Shown in pieces: positions 19,008 through 28,694 of a stretch of DNA of 64,000 nt. Origin of the DNA: Escherichia phage ES12; the sequence record MN508614.1; one strand, 5' to 3'. The notes below the pieces were generated by a model. The model was not told the DNA's origin. It saw nothing but the letters and a program-made list of their open reading frames with translations, and made no database searches. Made by a program: the position numbers and the translations under genes. The stretch's first letter is position 1. Each line of letters opens with the position of its first letter.

Positions 19008-19249
19008 TAAATTTTCCTCGCTAAATCGCGAATTTGGCCTACAGTATAGTCTTGAATATAAACTTTATTAATAGGTTCATCAATAAATTTTGCCATAGAT
19101 TCAATATCTTTTTGCATCTCTTCAAGACTGTATATTATCTTTAAAGCTTTTTCGCGAATAGTAATATTTTCAGGACCAGAATTTTTCTCAATGACAGCTT
19201 TAACATTTGTCATAAGAGATTTAAACTGACACCAACTTAATTCAATCAT
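19007..19249 (-). CDS. Hypothetical protein, 80 aa
   Basis: Small helical ORF; weak paralogy to the next ORF (LEEMQKDI... / LEEIERDL...). Confidence 0.5.
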   Translation of the reverse strand: MIELSWCQFKSLMTNVKAVIEKNSGPENITIREKALKIIYSLEEMQKDIESMAKFIDEPINKVYIQDYTVGQIRDLARKI

Positions 19250-19502
19250 TAATAATCGCCTTATAAAGATAGCTAATTTCGCCTAAAATATAATCATTGA
19301 TTGTAACAGTTTTCACTTCACCGCAAAAGAATTCTAACGCAATCAAATCTCGTTCAATTTCTTCCAATTGAAGCATTAACTTGCCTGATTCAATTTTCAC
19401 GTTTTTGCGATTTTTACTATAAGCTATTTCATAAATTTCGCTCACTTTATCTTGAAGCAGATAAAACTGGTCTTTAGTTATTTCCACGAATAGCTTCCTC
19501 AA
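19242..19502 (-). CDS. Hypothetical protein, 86 aa
   Basis: Small helical ORF, tandem with the 80-aa ORF. Confidence 0.5.
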   Translation of the reverse strand: MRKLFVEITKDQFYLLQDKVSEIYEIAYSKNRKNVKIESGKLMLQLEEIERDLIALEFFCGEVKTVTINDYILGEISYLYKAIIND

Positions 19503-19734
19503 ATTTAATCAGCAGCTTACAGACACTTTCATCTAATGTAATTACCGTGTCTGTATTACTATGATATGATTGTTTTTCAATTCGTTTAATTGCTAGTATA
19601 GTATCACTTATAAGATTAAGTTTATAAAGGAGCTCAGCTCCTGTTACCATAACACTGAGGTTATCTTGCTTATCAGTATGCTTCTTTATACCATCTATTA
19701 GACGATTTAAATATTTTGAATTGATGTTAATCAT
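19474..19734 (-). CDS. Hypothetical protein, 86 aa
   Basis: Minus-strand ORF immediately downstream of dda. Confidence 0.5.
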   Translation of the reverse strand: MININSKYLNRLIDGIKKHTDKQDNLSVMVTGAELLYKLNLISDTILAIKRIEKQSYHSNTDTVITLDESVCKLLIKFEEAIRGNN

Positions 19735-19740
19735 ATATCC

Positions 19741-21060
19741 TCACACATAAAACACATCATAACGACCACGAGTAACACCAACATAAAGAAGCTGCTGAGC
19801 TAGTTCAGCGTCTGCATAATGAATACAAGGCGTATAAATGAAAGCACGGTCTACAGACATACCTTGAGCTTTATGGAATGTTGATGCAGGAAGTGCTTTC
19901 ACTTTACTAAACTGTGATTTAGCATCCCAAAAATCACTCCATGGAGCTTTTCCGCCTTTGTTCCAATTTTTATAAGTTTCTGCCGTTTTACCTAAAAATA
20001 GGTTAAACTTATATAACTCTTCATCAGATGAAATTATTTTAATCTTTTCACGATAATATTCATCATCGCCGTAAGTTTCTACTGTTAAATCCCAATGACG
20101 AATTAAGTATTCTCCAGGAACACCACGAGCTTTAACAAACGTCGATGTATACTCTGCTTCTATAATACGAACTAATTGTCCGTTATTAAAAATAATTTCT
20201 GACACAGGCTTTCCATCAATTTTATATGTTTTAATTAATGGTTCCTGCATTACAATAATTTCACCGACAATAAAATCTTTATCAGTTTCAAAAATCTTTT
20301 TACGAATAATGCTATTTAACTTGTCAACAGATTTATTTGTAAATGCCATTACGCGATTTTCAAACAAATCGTCTAGTGATTTTACGATTGAAAAATAATT
20401 TACCATAAAATCGCGTAAAGCGGTATCACCAGTAAATCCACGTACTCCATGGCCGTCAACAACTTTATCATAAATCCACTTACCGTTGCGAACATCAGTA
20501 GCTACATCAATAATAGGAGCATTACTGCGTTTAACTTCAGTGAGTTCACACTGATAAAAATCTTTATGTGTAAAGAATGGACTGATATAAGCAGTATTTT
20601 CTCCTGGGTCAACAGGTCTAATTTGCTTATTATCACCTATTCCAATTATAGTACACCACGGCGGGATAGTTGAAAGCAGAATTTTAAATAGCTTTCTATC
20701 ATACATTGACACTTCATCGCAGATTAATACTCTGCATTTAGCTAAATCCGGTACTTCCTTCTGCTCAAAGAGGACATTTTCTTCATATGTTACTGGGTTA
20801 ATTTTAAGAATGCTATGAATAGTACTTGCTTCTTTCCCTGATAGTTTTGAAAGAATCTTTTTAGCTGCATGAGTAGGAGCTGCTAAAATAATACCAGTTT
20901 CACCCGTAGATATTAAAGCTTCAATGATGAACTTAGTAAGAGTAGTCTTACCGGTACCAGCAGGTCCATTAATAGTTACATGATGTTTCTTTTCTTTAAT
21001 AGCCCTCATAACGATGTTAAAGGCATTTTTCTGGCCTTCTGTCAAATCATCAAATGTCAT
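19741..21060 (-). CDS. dda: Dda DNA helicase (SF1B)
   Basis: 439 aa, Walker A GPAGTGKT; length matches T4 Dda. Confidence 0.97.
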   Translation of the reverse strand: MTFDDLTEGQKNAFNIVMRAIKEKKHHVTINGPAGTGKTTLTKFIIEALISTGETGIILAAPTHAAKKILSKLSGKEASTIHSILKINPVTYEENVLFEQKEVPDLAKCRVLICDEVSMYDRKLFKILLSTIPPWCTIIGIGDNKQIRPVDPGENTAYISPFFTHKDFYQCELTEVKRSNAPIIDVATDVRNGKWIYDKVVDGHGVRGFTGDTALRDFMVNYFSIVKSLDDLFENRVMAFTNKSVDKLNSIIRKKIFETDKDFIVGEIIVMQEPLIKTYKIDGKPVSEIIFNNGQLVRIIEAEYTSTFVKARGVPGEYLIRHWDLTVETYGDDEYYREKIKIISSDEELYKFNLFLGKTAETYKNWNKGGKAPWSDFWDAKSQFSKVKALPASTFHKAQGMSVDRAFIYTPCIHYADAELAQQLLYVGVTRGRYDVFYV

Positions 21061-21368
21061 CGGAAAGTCCCTGCAATTGGAATACTAACAATACGCCCAG
21101 TATCTAGAATTCGTTGATATAATCTTTGTGTATCTACATCAGGCTTAACATGTTTAACTTCTATTTTATTAAACCAAAATTTACGTGGAGTCTCAACTAA
21201 TCTTGGAATTCCTTTACCTAAAGCTAGTCGATACTGCTCTTTAAGAGTGGTAAATACTTTATCAGCAATCTTCCATTCAAAAAATACAGCAGGACGATGT
21301 TCATCAAGCGGAACTGGCGCCGTAAATCCGTCTTTGTCTCGGTAAACTATCGCATATACATAAACCAT
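21057..21368 (-). CDS. Hypothetical protein, 103 aa (dda.1 position)
   Basis: Minus-strand ORF between srd and dda. Confidence 0.6.
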   Translation of the reverse strand: MVYVYAIVYRDKDGFTAPVPLDEHRPAVFFEWKIADKVFTTLKEQYRLALGKGIPRLVETPRKFWFNKIEVKHVKPDVDTQRLYQRILDTGRIVSIPIAGTFR

Positions 21369-21369
21369 A

Positions 21370-22116
21370 TTATCCTCGGATAAGTTTAAAAATTGAACAA
21401 TTTAGCGGGTATCCTCTTTTCAGTTTAAGTTTATCAATAAAAGACAAATTTTGATACCGCTCTACACCTTGAATAATTTTATCACACATATCATATTGCA
21501 TTTCTGCTTCTGACAGCTTTTTCACAATTTTCCAATCCGAGCCTTTAAGAAGAACGTTCAATTTAACAACTTCAGCGCCTTCTGCTATGCGAGAACCATC
21601 AATACGTGCTTTAAGTGCTATAATCCTTAGCTTAATGTCAGAGGTCTGTTTTGATTTAGAAAGCTGAGAAATGTGTTCAATTCGGTTTTCACGTTTTTTC
21701 TGTATAGCTTTAATTTGATTATAAGTCTTTTTGATTTTAGCCCATTTCTTTTCATCTAAATTTAGTTTATGAACTTTTTTCGCAGATGAACGACCAATTC
21801 GCAAAGCAAATAAATCACGCTTTTCAATCAACTCTTCTAAAGTATAATCAGAACGAAATGTATTATACTTTTTCTTTACTGCAATAACATTCCCTTTAAT
21901 GTATCCAACGTTATTATCAAAACGTTCTAATGATAATTTCTCTCCTTCAATACGATTATCAAAAGGTTCTCCCGAGTAAGCACAAACTTTTTGATCTAAA
22001 ATGTTCTTAATGTAATTGAAGTCTAAGTTAAAATCTTTAGAACGTCTTTTTGCAGATGCCTGAGTATGCTCTAGACGACGTTTAATTTTACGAATTTGGT
22101 TATTAGACAGCTTCAT
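21370..22116 (-). CDS. srd: Srd (sigma-70-like; reported RNase E activator)
   Basis: 248 aa basic protein at the T4 srd position between modA/B and dda. Confidence 0.7.
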   Translation of the reverse strand: MKLSNNQIRKIKRRLEHTQASAKRRSKDFNLDFNYIKNILDQKVCAYSGEPFDNRIEGEKLSLERFDNNVGYIKGNVIAVKKKYNTFRSDYTLEELIEKRDLFALRIGRSSAKKVHKLNLDEKKWAKIKKTYNQIKAIQKKRENRIEHISQLSKSKQTSDIKLRIIALKARIDGSRIAEGAEVVKLNVLLKGSDWKIVKKLSEAEMQYDMCDKIIQGVERYQNLSFIDKLKLKRGYPLNCSIFKLIRG

Positions 22117-22149
22117 ATTTTTCTCACATCTTACGGACGGTTAACTACT

Positions 22150-22185
22150 TATACTATAACATTTTTACCTTAACTTGTAAACAAC
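22150..22185 (-). promoter_or_regulatory. Early promoter upstream of srd
   Basis: Minus-strand GTTTAC-(18)-TATAGT with AT-rich UP region. Confidence 0.4.
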
Positions 22186-22238
22186 TTTATGAAAAATGCT
22201 TTAAAACTTTCATGGTATAATGAATCTAAGTCCTTCCA

Positions 22239-22841
22239 TTATAGATTAAATCCTTCAAAATCAAGAGTATAGATAGTGTATGTTGAATACTTTTTATACT
22301 CGTATCTATCCGCAATTCTAAATACACTTCCAGCTGGTATCATTACTTCTTGTTCATCTGAAACTAATTCCATATTACGATAGCGATGGCTATCCGGAAA
22401 CTTAAAGTTTGGATTGTATTCTTTACAGCGTAGAGCTTTTATAGCATACTCCTGGAAATTAAACACCATAGGAGCTTTGAATTCAAAAATAACTTGTGTG
22501 TTGTATTCTAATCCAGAAGCAAAATGTAGAGCTATATTTTTATCATATGAAGCTGATACTACTTTATCAAATGTAATAATATCAATTCCTTGATTTAACA
22601 CCTGTTTAGTCTCAACTGGAACACCTCTCCAAAGAGGTTTATCGTTTGGAACCAAACGAGATTTGACTATTTCATTTAACCAAGAATGATCGTCTGGTTT
22701 ATTAGTAATACAATGAATTAAAAGTTCAATTTCAGATAAATTAAATCCTTCAGAAAGTAATTCTTCACGAATAGAAGCACGCACCGATGCATCCATTGAT
22801 TTGATTTTAAAATCTTTTAATTGCATTGCTGAATATTTCAT
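22239..22841 (-). CDS. modA: ADP-ribosyltransferase ModA
   Basis: 200 aa with R (LWRG), S-x-S (SAS) and E-x-E (EQEVMIP) motifs; modA/modB assignment is by length only. Confidence 0.65.
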   Translation of the reverse strand: MKYSAMQLKDFKIKSMDASVRASIREELLSEGFNLSEIELLIHCITNKPDDHSWLNEIVKSRLVPNDKPLWRGVPVETKQVLNQGIDIITFDKVVSASYDKNIALHFASGLEYNTQVIFEFKAPMVFNFQEYAIKALRCKEYNPNFKFPDSHRYRNMELVSDEQEVMIPAGSVFRIADRYEYKKYSTYTIYTLDFEGFNL

Positions 22842-23461
22842 TCAACTACCTCAATATCATACACTTTAAATGTTCCAAATGAATCGTGTAATTTTTCTTT
22901 TGAAATAGAAGTTATTCTATACTTTCCAATTGGAATCATCCATTCTTGTTCACGCACAATCATCATTAAGTTATCAGTACGCTCTGAATCTAATCCATCA
23001 GTATCTTCATATGTATACTTAAATTCAGTATTAGGAGAAGAAAGTATAATATCGCTGATATGGTCAGAATAATTAAAAGCTTTATCAGTTTTTAAGCGAA
23101 ATATTATTTCAGTGAAATACTCAACATAAGAAAAACCACATGCTGTGTGCAAACTAGTAGTAAATGAATCTACTCTGTTCGTTGAAAACACTTCTCCGAC
23201 TTGTAAATCTTTAATGAGTTCTTTTGTCGATTTTGATATACCACGATATAGCTGATAAGGCGATTTAGTTAAATGCTTTTTAACGATTTTATTCAACTGC
23301 CGATGAAGAGCTTCATTCTTTTTGGCTTCTATACACTGCCAAAGAACTGACTGTTCAAAGTCAGTAAATTTTTCACAGACCTTTTTATACATATCATATT
23401 GAAAATCAACGCTTTCAGCTTTTATAGATAACTGTTCAACATCTGCAGGATTAATAATCAT
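22838..23461 (-). CDS. modB: ADP-ribosyltransferase ModB
   Basis: 207 aa paralogue with R (LYRG), STS-like and EQEWMIP motifs; overlaps the next gene by 4 nt. Confidence 0.65.
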   Translation of the reverse strand: MIINPADVEQLSIKAESVDFQYDMYKKVCEKFTDFEQSVLWQCIEAKKNEALHRQLNKIVKKHLTKSPYQLYRGISKSTKELIKDLQVGEVFSTNRVDSFTTSLHTACGFSYVEYFTEIIFRLKTDKAFNYSDHISDIILSSPNTEFKYTYEDTDGLDSERTDNLMMIVREQEWMIPIGKYRITSISKEKLHDSFGTFKVYDIEVVE

Positions 23462-23484
23462 GATAGCCTCCGTATACTTCAGAA

Positions 23485-23520
23485 GCTATCATATCATCGT
23501 TAGAAAGGAAAGTAAACAAC
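23485..23520 (-). promoter_or_regulatory. Early promoter upstream of the modB-modA unit
   Basis: Minus-strand GTTTAC-(18)-TATGAT. Confidence 0.4.
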
Positions 23521-23528
23521 TTTTTGAA

Positions 23529-23711
23529 TTATTTTGTCCAGGGAGCCCAAGGCGGAGGGTCAAGATGGTATGAAGCTAGTTCTTCTAGAAGAGCATCTGG
23601 GGCTTCAATTCCATAATTCTGTAATACTATACGGTACTCTTTCTTATAATCACTAGAATCATTCTGGATATTCGTAGAATGATTATCTTCTAACATCTCA
23701 AATAAATCCAT
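23529..23711 (-). CDS. Hypothetical acidic protein, 60 aa
   Basis: Minus-strand ORF in the modB-soc interval. Confidence 0.45.
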   Translation of the reverse strand: MDLFEMLEDNHSTNIQNDSSDYKKEYRIVLQNYGIEAPDALLEELASYHLDPPPWAPWTK

Positions 23712-23719
23712 ATTAATTC

Positions 23720-24190
23720 CTAGCGATAAAAACCAAATTGACGATTAGCTTCAATAATCTTTCTTTCTTCTTCGGACATTCTCCAGCGTAGTCCAACATC
23801 AAAATGAGCCCAGACCATCCTAACAAATGCATTTATATCTTTAATATCTTCAATAATGAATGTTTTACTTTTAGAAGGTTGACTCGCTAATTTAACTTTA
23901 TCGTCTTCAAACATGTCAAAAAGACCATATTCATGAGCTCTTTTATAGCCTTTAATAGTTAAAGCTTCAGAAGAAGAAAATGGTGAATCTGTATTCTGCA
24001 AAATATCTTCAGTATGCTTTATAATTAGAATAACATTTTCTGGATATTTTCTTTCTTTTATATCTTTAATTAAAATATCCGGATTTTCTGCTAAAGGAAT
24101 AATTAACGAGCATTTTTTATCAAGTGTATTTACTGATTTACCTTCTTTAGACATAAATCCTATTGAATACAGTTTTGCTACTTCAATCAT
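23720..24190 (-). CDS. Hypothetical protein, 156 aa
   Basis: Minus-strand ORF in the modB-soc interval. Confidence 0.55.
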   Translation of the reverse strand: MIEVAKLYSIGFMSKEGKSVNTLDKKCSLIIPLAENPDILIKDIKERKYPENVILIIKHTEDILQNTDSPFSSSEALTIKGYKRAHEYGLFDMFEDDKVKLASQPSKSKTFIIEDIKDINAFVRMVWAHFDVGLRWRMSEEERKIIEANRQFGFYR

Positions 24191-24343
24191 GTGATTTCCT
24201 CTTGCCTACTAATGGACCATCAGGAATTTTGTTTTCCTGGATATATTTCTCATTTTCTTCCATCATTTTACTACCAATTTTAAGAAGCAAATCCATTGCT
24301 TCATTTGCTTTTGCTTTGGCCTCTTCTAACGTCATATCTTTGC

Positions 24344-24547
24344 TCATGATTTATCACCGTAAATATCTCTCATTAATTTAAGAGCTGAGCGCTCTAATTT
24401 CTTTTCTTTCTCAGCACTAATCATTGATTTCATCCATTCTTCCGATTCGTTCTGCATTTCTTTATTTGCCTGTTCAACCCAACCATCATCAATATACATT
24501 GAGTTTGGTCTATTGAACCATTCAAGCATTTTCTTCAGAACTTTCAT
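24344..24547 (-). CDS. Hypothetical protein, 67 aa
   Basis: Minus-strand ORF, charged helical. Confidence 0.45.
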   Translation of the reverse strand: MKVLKKMLEWFNRPNSMYIDDGWVEQANKEMQNESEEWMKSMISAEKEKKLERSALKLMRDIYGDKS

Positions 24548-25019
24548 TTGTTTTACCTAAAACAATAGTAGGAGCATCGTCAAATTCATGAATTTTTAGC
24601 AATTTTGGATTTAAATTATTCCATACATAATAAATAAAGTATGATAAAGCATCTTCACTCGCAATTATAAATTTATTTCCTTCATTTATTTTCCAGTCAT
24701 ATACTGAATCGTACGAATAAAAAGATAAAGGATTACCATTATATTGTTCTGCGCTAACATTAATGTATTCGGATTTAGTAAATGCTTCAATTGCTCTAAA
24801 CGGACTATTTGGCACAGTTTCAATAATTCCGATCTTTTTAAGTTTTATTTCAACATCTTCTGGAACTGGCATTGAAACGAAATTTTCTACGAGATACATA
24901 GGGTTACAATAACCCTTATCAATCACTACGGCTACAGTAATTGGAACATCTTTAGCAAACGACATGCTATTACTGCTAATATACATTTCAAACAAAATCG
25001 CTTCCATAATTTTCCTCAA
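24522..25019 (-). CDS. Hypothetical protein, 165 aa
   Basis: Minus-strand ORF in the modB-soc interval. Confidence 0.55.
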   Translation of the reverse strand: MRKIMEAILFEMYISSNSMSFAKDVPITVAVVIDKGYCNPMYLVENFVSMPVPEDVEIKLKKIGIIETVPNSPFRAIEAFTKSEYINVSAEQYNGNPLSFYSYDSVYDWKINEGNKFIIASEDALSYFIYYVWNNLNPKLLKIHEFDDAPTIVLGKTNESSEENA

Positions 25020-25357
25020 TCACAAGATGTAGATGAACAACTAGAATCACAAGAACTTCCACATGAATCACCTGCCCATACATGAACAGGAACATTGGTG
25101 TCATATGAATCAGAACTAGACTGTGTATTCTGTGCATTAGATGATGTAGTAGGTACTGACCAGCGCCAAGGATTTTTATAATATTCTTGGGCTTCTTCAT
25201 AAGTCATAGTAACTGCTTCTACTGTTCCATCTCCCATATAAACATATTCAACTACAGTTAAAGGAAGATAGTCATTTGAAATAGGAACTACACCTTCTCC
25301 CGGAGTTGTAGAGAAAAAATCTGTAAAGAAATTTTTAAACCAATTAAAGATAAACAT
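25016..25357 (-). CDS. Hypothetical protein, 113 aa, with Cys/Ser-rich C-terminal tail
   Basis: N-terminal hydrophobic segment; tail ...[20 protein letters not shown]. Confidence 0.55.
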   Translation of the reverse strand: MFIFNWFKNFFTDFFSTTPGEGVVPISNDYLPLTVVEYVYMGDGTVEAVTMTYEEAQEYYKNPWRWSVPTTSSNAQNTQSSSDSYDTNVPVHVWAGDSCGSSCDSSCSSTSCD

Positions 25358-25569
25358 TACAAAAAGCCTCTTTGAAATTCGACTCTTTGAAATCCACCCC
25401 AGTCAGTATATCGCATTTCAGCATTGAACTCGACTGAACCATCTGCATGCATCATGAATGAATGCGTGACGACATCACAATCCCAGCTTTTCATACCCCA
25501 TTTATCAGAGATAGCTTTATCAAGAACCTTCTGAAGGTCTTCATTTGGTTTAATCCAACGATTTAACAT
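25357..25569 (-). CDS. Hypothetical protein, 70 aa
   Basis: Minus-strand ORF upstream of soc. Confidence 0.5.
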   Translation of the reverse strand: MLNRWIKPNEDLQKVLDKAISDKWGMKSWDCDVVTHSFMMHADGSVEFNAEMRYTDWGGFQRVEFQRGFL

Positions 25570-25637
25570 AGTGTTCTCCTCTATAAGATATTTTTATTAT
25601 ACCACACTCATTTTGACATGTAAACCATAAAATGAAA

Positions 25638-25660
25638 AAAGGAATCCCGAAGGATTCCTT
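25638..25660 (-). terminator. Rho-independent terminator downstream of soc
   Basis: Minus-strand RNA AGGAAUCC-UUCG-GGAUUCCU followed by UUUUUUCAUUUU. Confidence 0.5.
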
Positions 25661-25667
25661 AAATTAT

Positions 25668-25925
25668 TTAACCACCTACACCAGGTGTAGGTGTAACAGT
25701 CCAAAGACCTTCATTAGCAGTGATCCATTCAGTACGCTGATTTTCTTCATATACTGTAGAATATGCTGCTTTTTCAGAAGGGAATGTCTGATAATGAGCA
25801 CCAGAAATTTTGTGAACATCAGAATAAAGAGGGAAAGCTACAGAAATTTCTTTACCCTGAATTGTACCACCATCAACTGCTTGGTCAAATGTTTTGATAT
25901 TAACATAACCGCGAGTACTAGCCAT
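25668..25925 (-). CDS. soc: Small outer capsid protein Soc
   Basis: MASTRGYVNIKTFDQ...ISVAFPLYSDVHKISGAHYQTFPSEKAAYSTVYEENQRTEWI... matches remembered T4 Soc; TATAAATA late promoter upstream. Confidence 0.85.
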   Translation of the reverse strand: MASTRGYVNIKTFDQAVDGGTIQGKEISVAFPLYSDVHKISGAHYQTFPSEKAAYSTVYEENQRTEWITANEGLWTVTPTPGVGG

Positions 25926-25941
25926 GTAATTCTCCTTTTAT

Positions 25942-26151
25942 TTAAATTACATGATTATTTATAATAAATTCTCGCGGAACGTTAAAATACCCGATTTTAG
26001 TTAATATAACAACATCGCCGTTAATAATTACCGGAGAATAATCTTCTGGAGCATTAAATTTCCAATGGGCTCTAATATTATATCCATCAGAACCAAATGC
26101 TCGCGTAGCTGGTCTCCCAGCTTTTTGCCATGCGTAGAAATCAAATTTCAT
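25942..26151 (-). CDS. Hypothetical protein, 69 aa
   Basis: Minus-strand ORF between gene 56 and soc. Confidence 0.5.
   Translation of the reverse strand: MKFDFYAWQKAGRPATRAFGSDGYNIRAHWKFNAPEDYSPVIINGDVVILTKIGYFNVPREFIINNHVI
25956..25963 (-). promoter_or_regulatory. Late promoter (TATAAATA) for soc
   Basis: Exact TATAAATA on the minus strand about 30 nt upstream of the soc ATG, followed by AAAGGAG SD. Confidence 0.5.
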
Positions 26152-26342
26152 TTTGAATGCTCTATAATTAATTTTAAAGCTTCTTCACTGACAAAAATTT
26201 CGTCAGGACCTTCTATAACTTCAACCATACGAAGTTGATTAGTTAAGAGCTCACATACGAGCTCCTTGTTATAATCTTTAAATAGCTGGTCAATACGTTT
26301 CTTGTGGGCTTTCTTAAGCTGGCGTTTATTTAAACGAGCCAT
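26148..26342 (-). CDS. Hypothetical basic protein, 64 aa
   Basis: Minus-strand ORF overlapping the gene 56 stop. Confidence 0.5.
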   Translation of the reverse strand: MARLNKRQLKKAHKKRIDQLFKDYNKELVCELLTNQLRMVEVIEGPDEIFVSEEALKLIIEHSK

Positions 26343-26860
26343 TAATAACCTCGGTCTTGACGAGCGAAGTTTTCAGCATTTTTCAGATAATAAAGTTTAA
26401 AGATTTCTTCAGCCGTAAGACCGAGGCCTTGGAACATGTTCAGAACGAAATGAAGAATATCAATCATTTCGAATTTAATTTCCAACTGGTCTTGTGGAGA
26501 CAAATCAGTAATCAGAGTTTCACGTCGTTCACCATGTTGAGCTTTCCAAGGCTTCCATACAGCAGATGCATCTTTTTCACCATTGCTCATACCACCAAGA
26601 GAAGTCAATAGTTCGCGGAATTCATCATCAATATAATCTTTCTGATTACGCAGCCAATCAACAACTTCACCCGCAGTAGCCAAATCATCAGGATGACGGT
26701 TATATTCAGGTTTATCTTTAGCTAAACGAACCTGCAGAGATTTCTGCATATCAAGCATAACTTGCAACGGGTCTTTTTCATCACCGAGAATATCCCAGTA
26801 TTCATTTTGAGCTTTATCAGCGCCTTCAATCAGTTGTGAACATTCATTAAAGTATGCCAT
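26342..26860 (-). CDS. 56: dCTP pyrophosphatase (dCTPase/dUTPase) gp56
   Basis: 172 aa from MAYFNECSQLIEGADKAQNEY..., MazG-like; the track ORF extends 31 codons upstream. Confidence 0.85.
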   Translation of the reverse strand: MAYFNECSQLIEGADKAQNEYWDILGDEKDPLQVMLDMQKSLQVRLAKDKPEYNRHPDDLATAGEVVDWLRNQKDYIDDEFRELLTSLGGMSNGEKDASAVWKPWKAQHGERRETLITDLSPQDQLEIKFEMIDILHFVLNMFQGLGLTAEEIFKLYYLKNAENFARQDRGY

Positions 26861-26931
26861 TATTTTTCCTTTCAATTCATGGGTTAGTAGATTAATTATA
26901 CAATAAATATATAAAGCAATAAGGAGGACAT

Positions 26932-27132
26932 ATGGTACAAAAATTAATGGCACTTGTTAATGCCATCAAAGGTAATAAAAAGCGTATAGCTTTTACTATT
27001 TCTGCTATGGTAGGAATTTTACTCTGGAACTTTATTTTATCACCTGTTGCAATTGCACATGGTATTAATATTCCAGTAGTTACTCTTGATACATTCGTAG
27101 ATTTAGCATTTGCTTTGGTTGGGTTAATTTAA
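26932..27132 (+). CDS. Membrane protein, 66 aa, plus strand, convergent with gene 61
   Basis: Strong SD AAGGAGG 5 nt before the ATG; two hydrophobic helices. Confidence 0.5.
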   Translation: MVQKLMALVNAIKGNKKRIAFTISAMVGILLWNFILSPVAIAHGINIPVVTLDTFVDLAFALVGLI

Positions 27133-28157
27133 ATCTTAGCATATTTAGATAGCCGCATTTTAGCCATCAACCCTTGGGCAATATTATTTTTCATATATTC
27201 CATAATTTGTTTAGGGGTTGCACCTTCCTTTCTAATCATATCATTAACATCTTTTGATTTCCAGGGAGATTTGTCCCAAAACATAACCCTTTCTCCTGCA
27301 TCAACCAATTTAGTCATTCGTTTAATAGTGTCAGGGTGACGAGGTTCATTATCTAAAACCCATACACGTCTATCTTTAAATGGAACAATTTCTAGGTCTA
27401 ATTGACCACCCGTAATAGCTATACCATTTTCAATAAAAAGTGAATCTATAGGTCCTTCTAGAACATATACATCACCATCTTTAACTCGTTCGACTCCATA
27501 GATTTTTGTTGCCTCAGGATAAGCTTTAATGGTGATATATTTTTGAGGAGCATTTTTCTTTAATGCACGTCCTTGAAAAGACTCAGCTTTTCCATTAGCA
27601 TTATAAATTGGAATAACAAGACGAGGCTCAGATATTTCCTTTTTATATGTTCCCGGTGCTATGCTATTAACCAATTTAGGCCATTCGGTTGTAAACCAAA
27701 GATATTTCCATTTATCCTTTGGAATACAACGAGCTTTTACATATTTTATAATTGGATGGTCTTCCGCCAGTTTATCTAATCTAACACATGACGGAAGAGA
27801 TTTAATTATTTTCTTCTCAGGTTGTTTAGGAAGTTCTTTAGGTTTTTCTACTGGACGACTTTTACCTTTTTCTTTTCTTATTTCAAAGATATACTCACGA
27901 TATAAATCGGGTTCAAACTCCTTTAAATATATTCCGATTGGTGCATGATAGTTACAGTTATAACAATGAATATTTCCTTCATTATTATCACCATAATACC
28001 ATCCACGGGCTTTATTCTGGTCGGTTTTTGAATCTCCACACACTGGGCATCTAAACCGTAATTTAAAAGTTGAACTATTATTTACTTGTGTGAATTTAGG
28101 TAAATGAGCTAATGCACGATACGCAAACTCATTATCAATCCAAGGTATTGATGACAT
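27129..28157 (-). CDS. 61: DNA primase gp61
   Basis: 342 aa, N-terminal zinc ribbon CPVCGDSK...CYNC and Toprim; length matches T4 gp61. Confidence 0.95.
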   Translation of the reverse strand: MSSIPWIDNEFAYRALAHLPKFTQVNNSSTFKLRFRCPVCGDSKTDQNKARGWYYGDNNEGNIHCYNCNYHAPIGIYLKEFEPDLYREYIFEIRKEKGKSRPVEKPKELPKQPEKKIIKSLPSCVRLDKLAEDHPIIKYVKARCIPKDKWKYLWFTTEWPKLVNSIAPGTYKKEISEPRLVIPIYNANGKAESFQGRALKKNAPQKYITIKAYPEATKIYGVERVKDGDVYVLEGPIDSLFIENGIAITGGQLDLEIVPFKDRRVWVLDNEPRHPDTIKRMTKLVDAGERVMFWDKSPWKSKDVNDMIRKEGATPKQIMEYMKNNIAQGLMAKMRLSKYAKI

Positions 28158-28325
28158 TTTTACTCTTCTTTTTCTTTAGATTCCTCTTTTTTCTTTTTAG
28201 AAATCTGTTCAGGGCCTTTATTTACTACAGCGCCTGACGCTGTTCCAGTAGAGATATTTTCAGGATTACCACCTGAATCTCCAGCAACCATATCTTCTTT
28301 GATAAATTCTTTATATGTTTTCATA

Positions 28326-28682
28326 TTAACCTCTATTCATAAAAGCATTAAAAATTTGGTCATCAATAGATGGAATAGCAACTTTTTCTGCATCATTTAG
28401 CAAATCATTAATTTCATCAGATAGCATAACACATGTACCTTTATTTCCTGTAATTGTTACTGCGCAATTACGAACGTTTTCTTTATTAAATTTTAGGTTA
28501 ATATTTTCGTAATGAAAATCCTTTAATGCTGAATATATTTTTAAAATAAAATTGTCTTTTACTACAATAAACCCAACCTCACTATTAAAACGTGGTTCAT
28601 GGAAACTGTAATAAACCTTTTCATCTATAAAATCGTATGAAATTTTTTCCATTTTTAAATATGAAAATTCAGAACTATACAT
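28326..28682 (-). CDS. Hypothetical protein, 118 aa (61.1 position)
   Basis: Minus-strand ORF between genes 41 and 61. Confidence 0.55.
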   Translation of the reverse strand: MYSSEFSYLKMEKISYDFIDEKVYYSFHEPRFNSEVGFIVVKDNFILKIYSALKDFHYENINLKFNKENVRNCAVTITGNKGTCVMLSDEINDLLNDAEKVAIPSIDDQIFNAFMNRG

Positions 28683-28694
28683 ATTAACCTCTAA

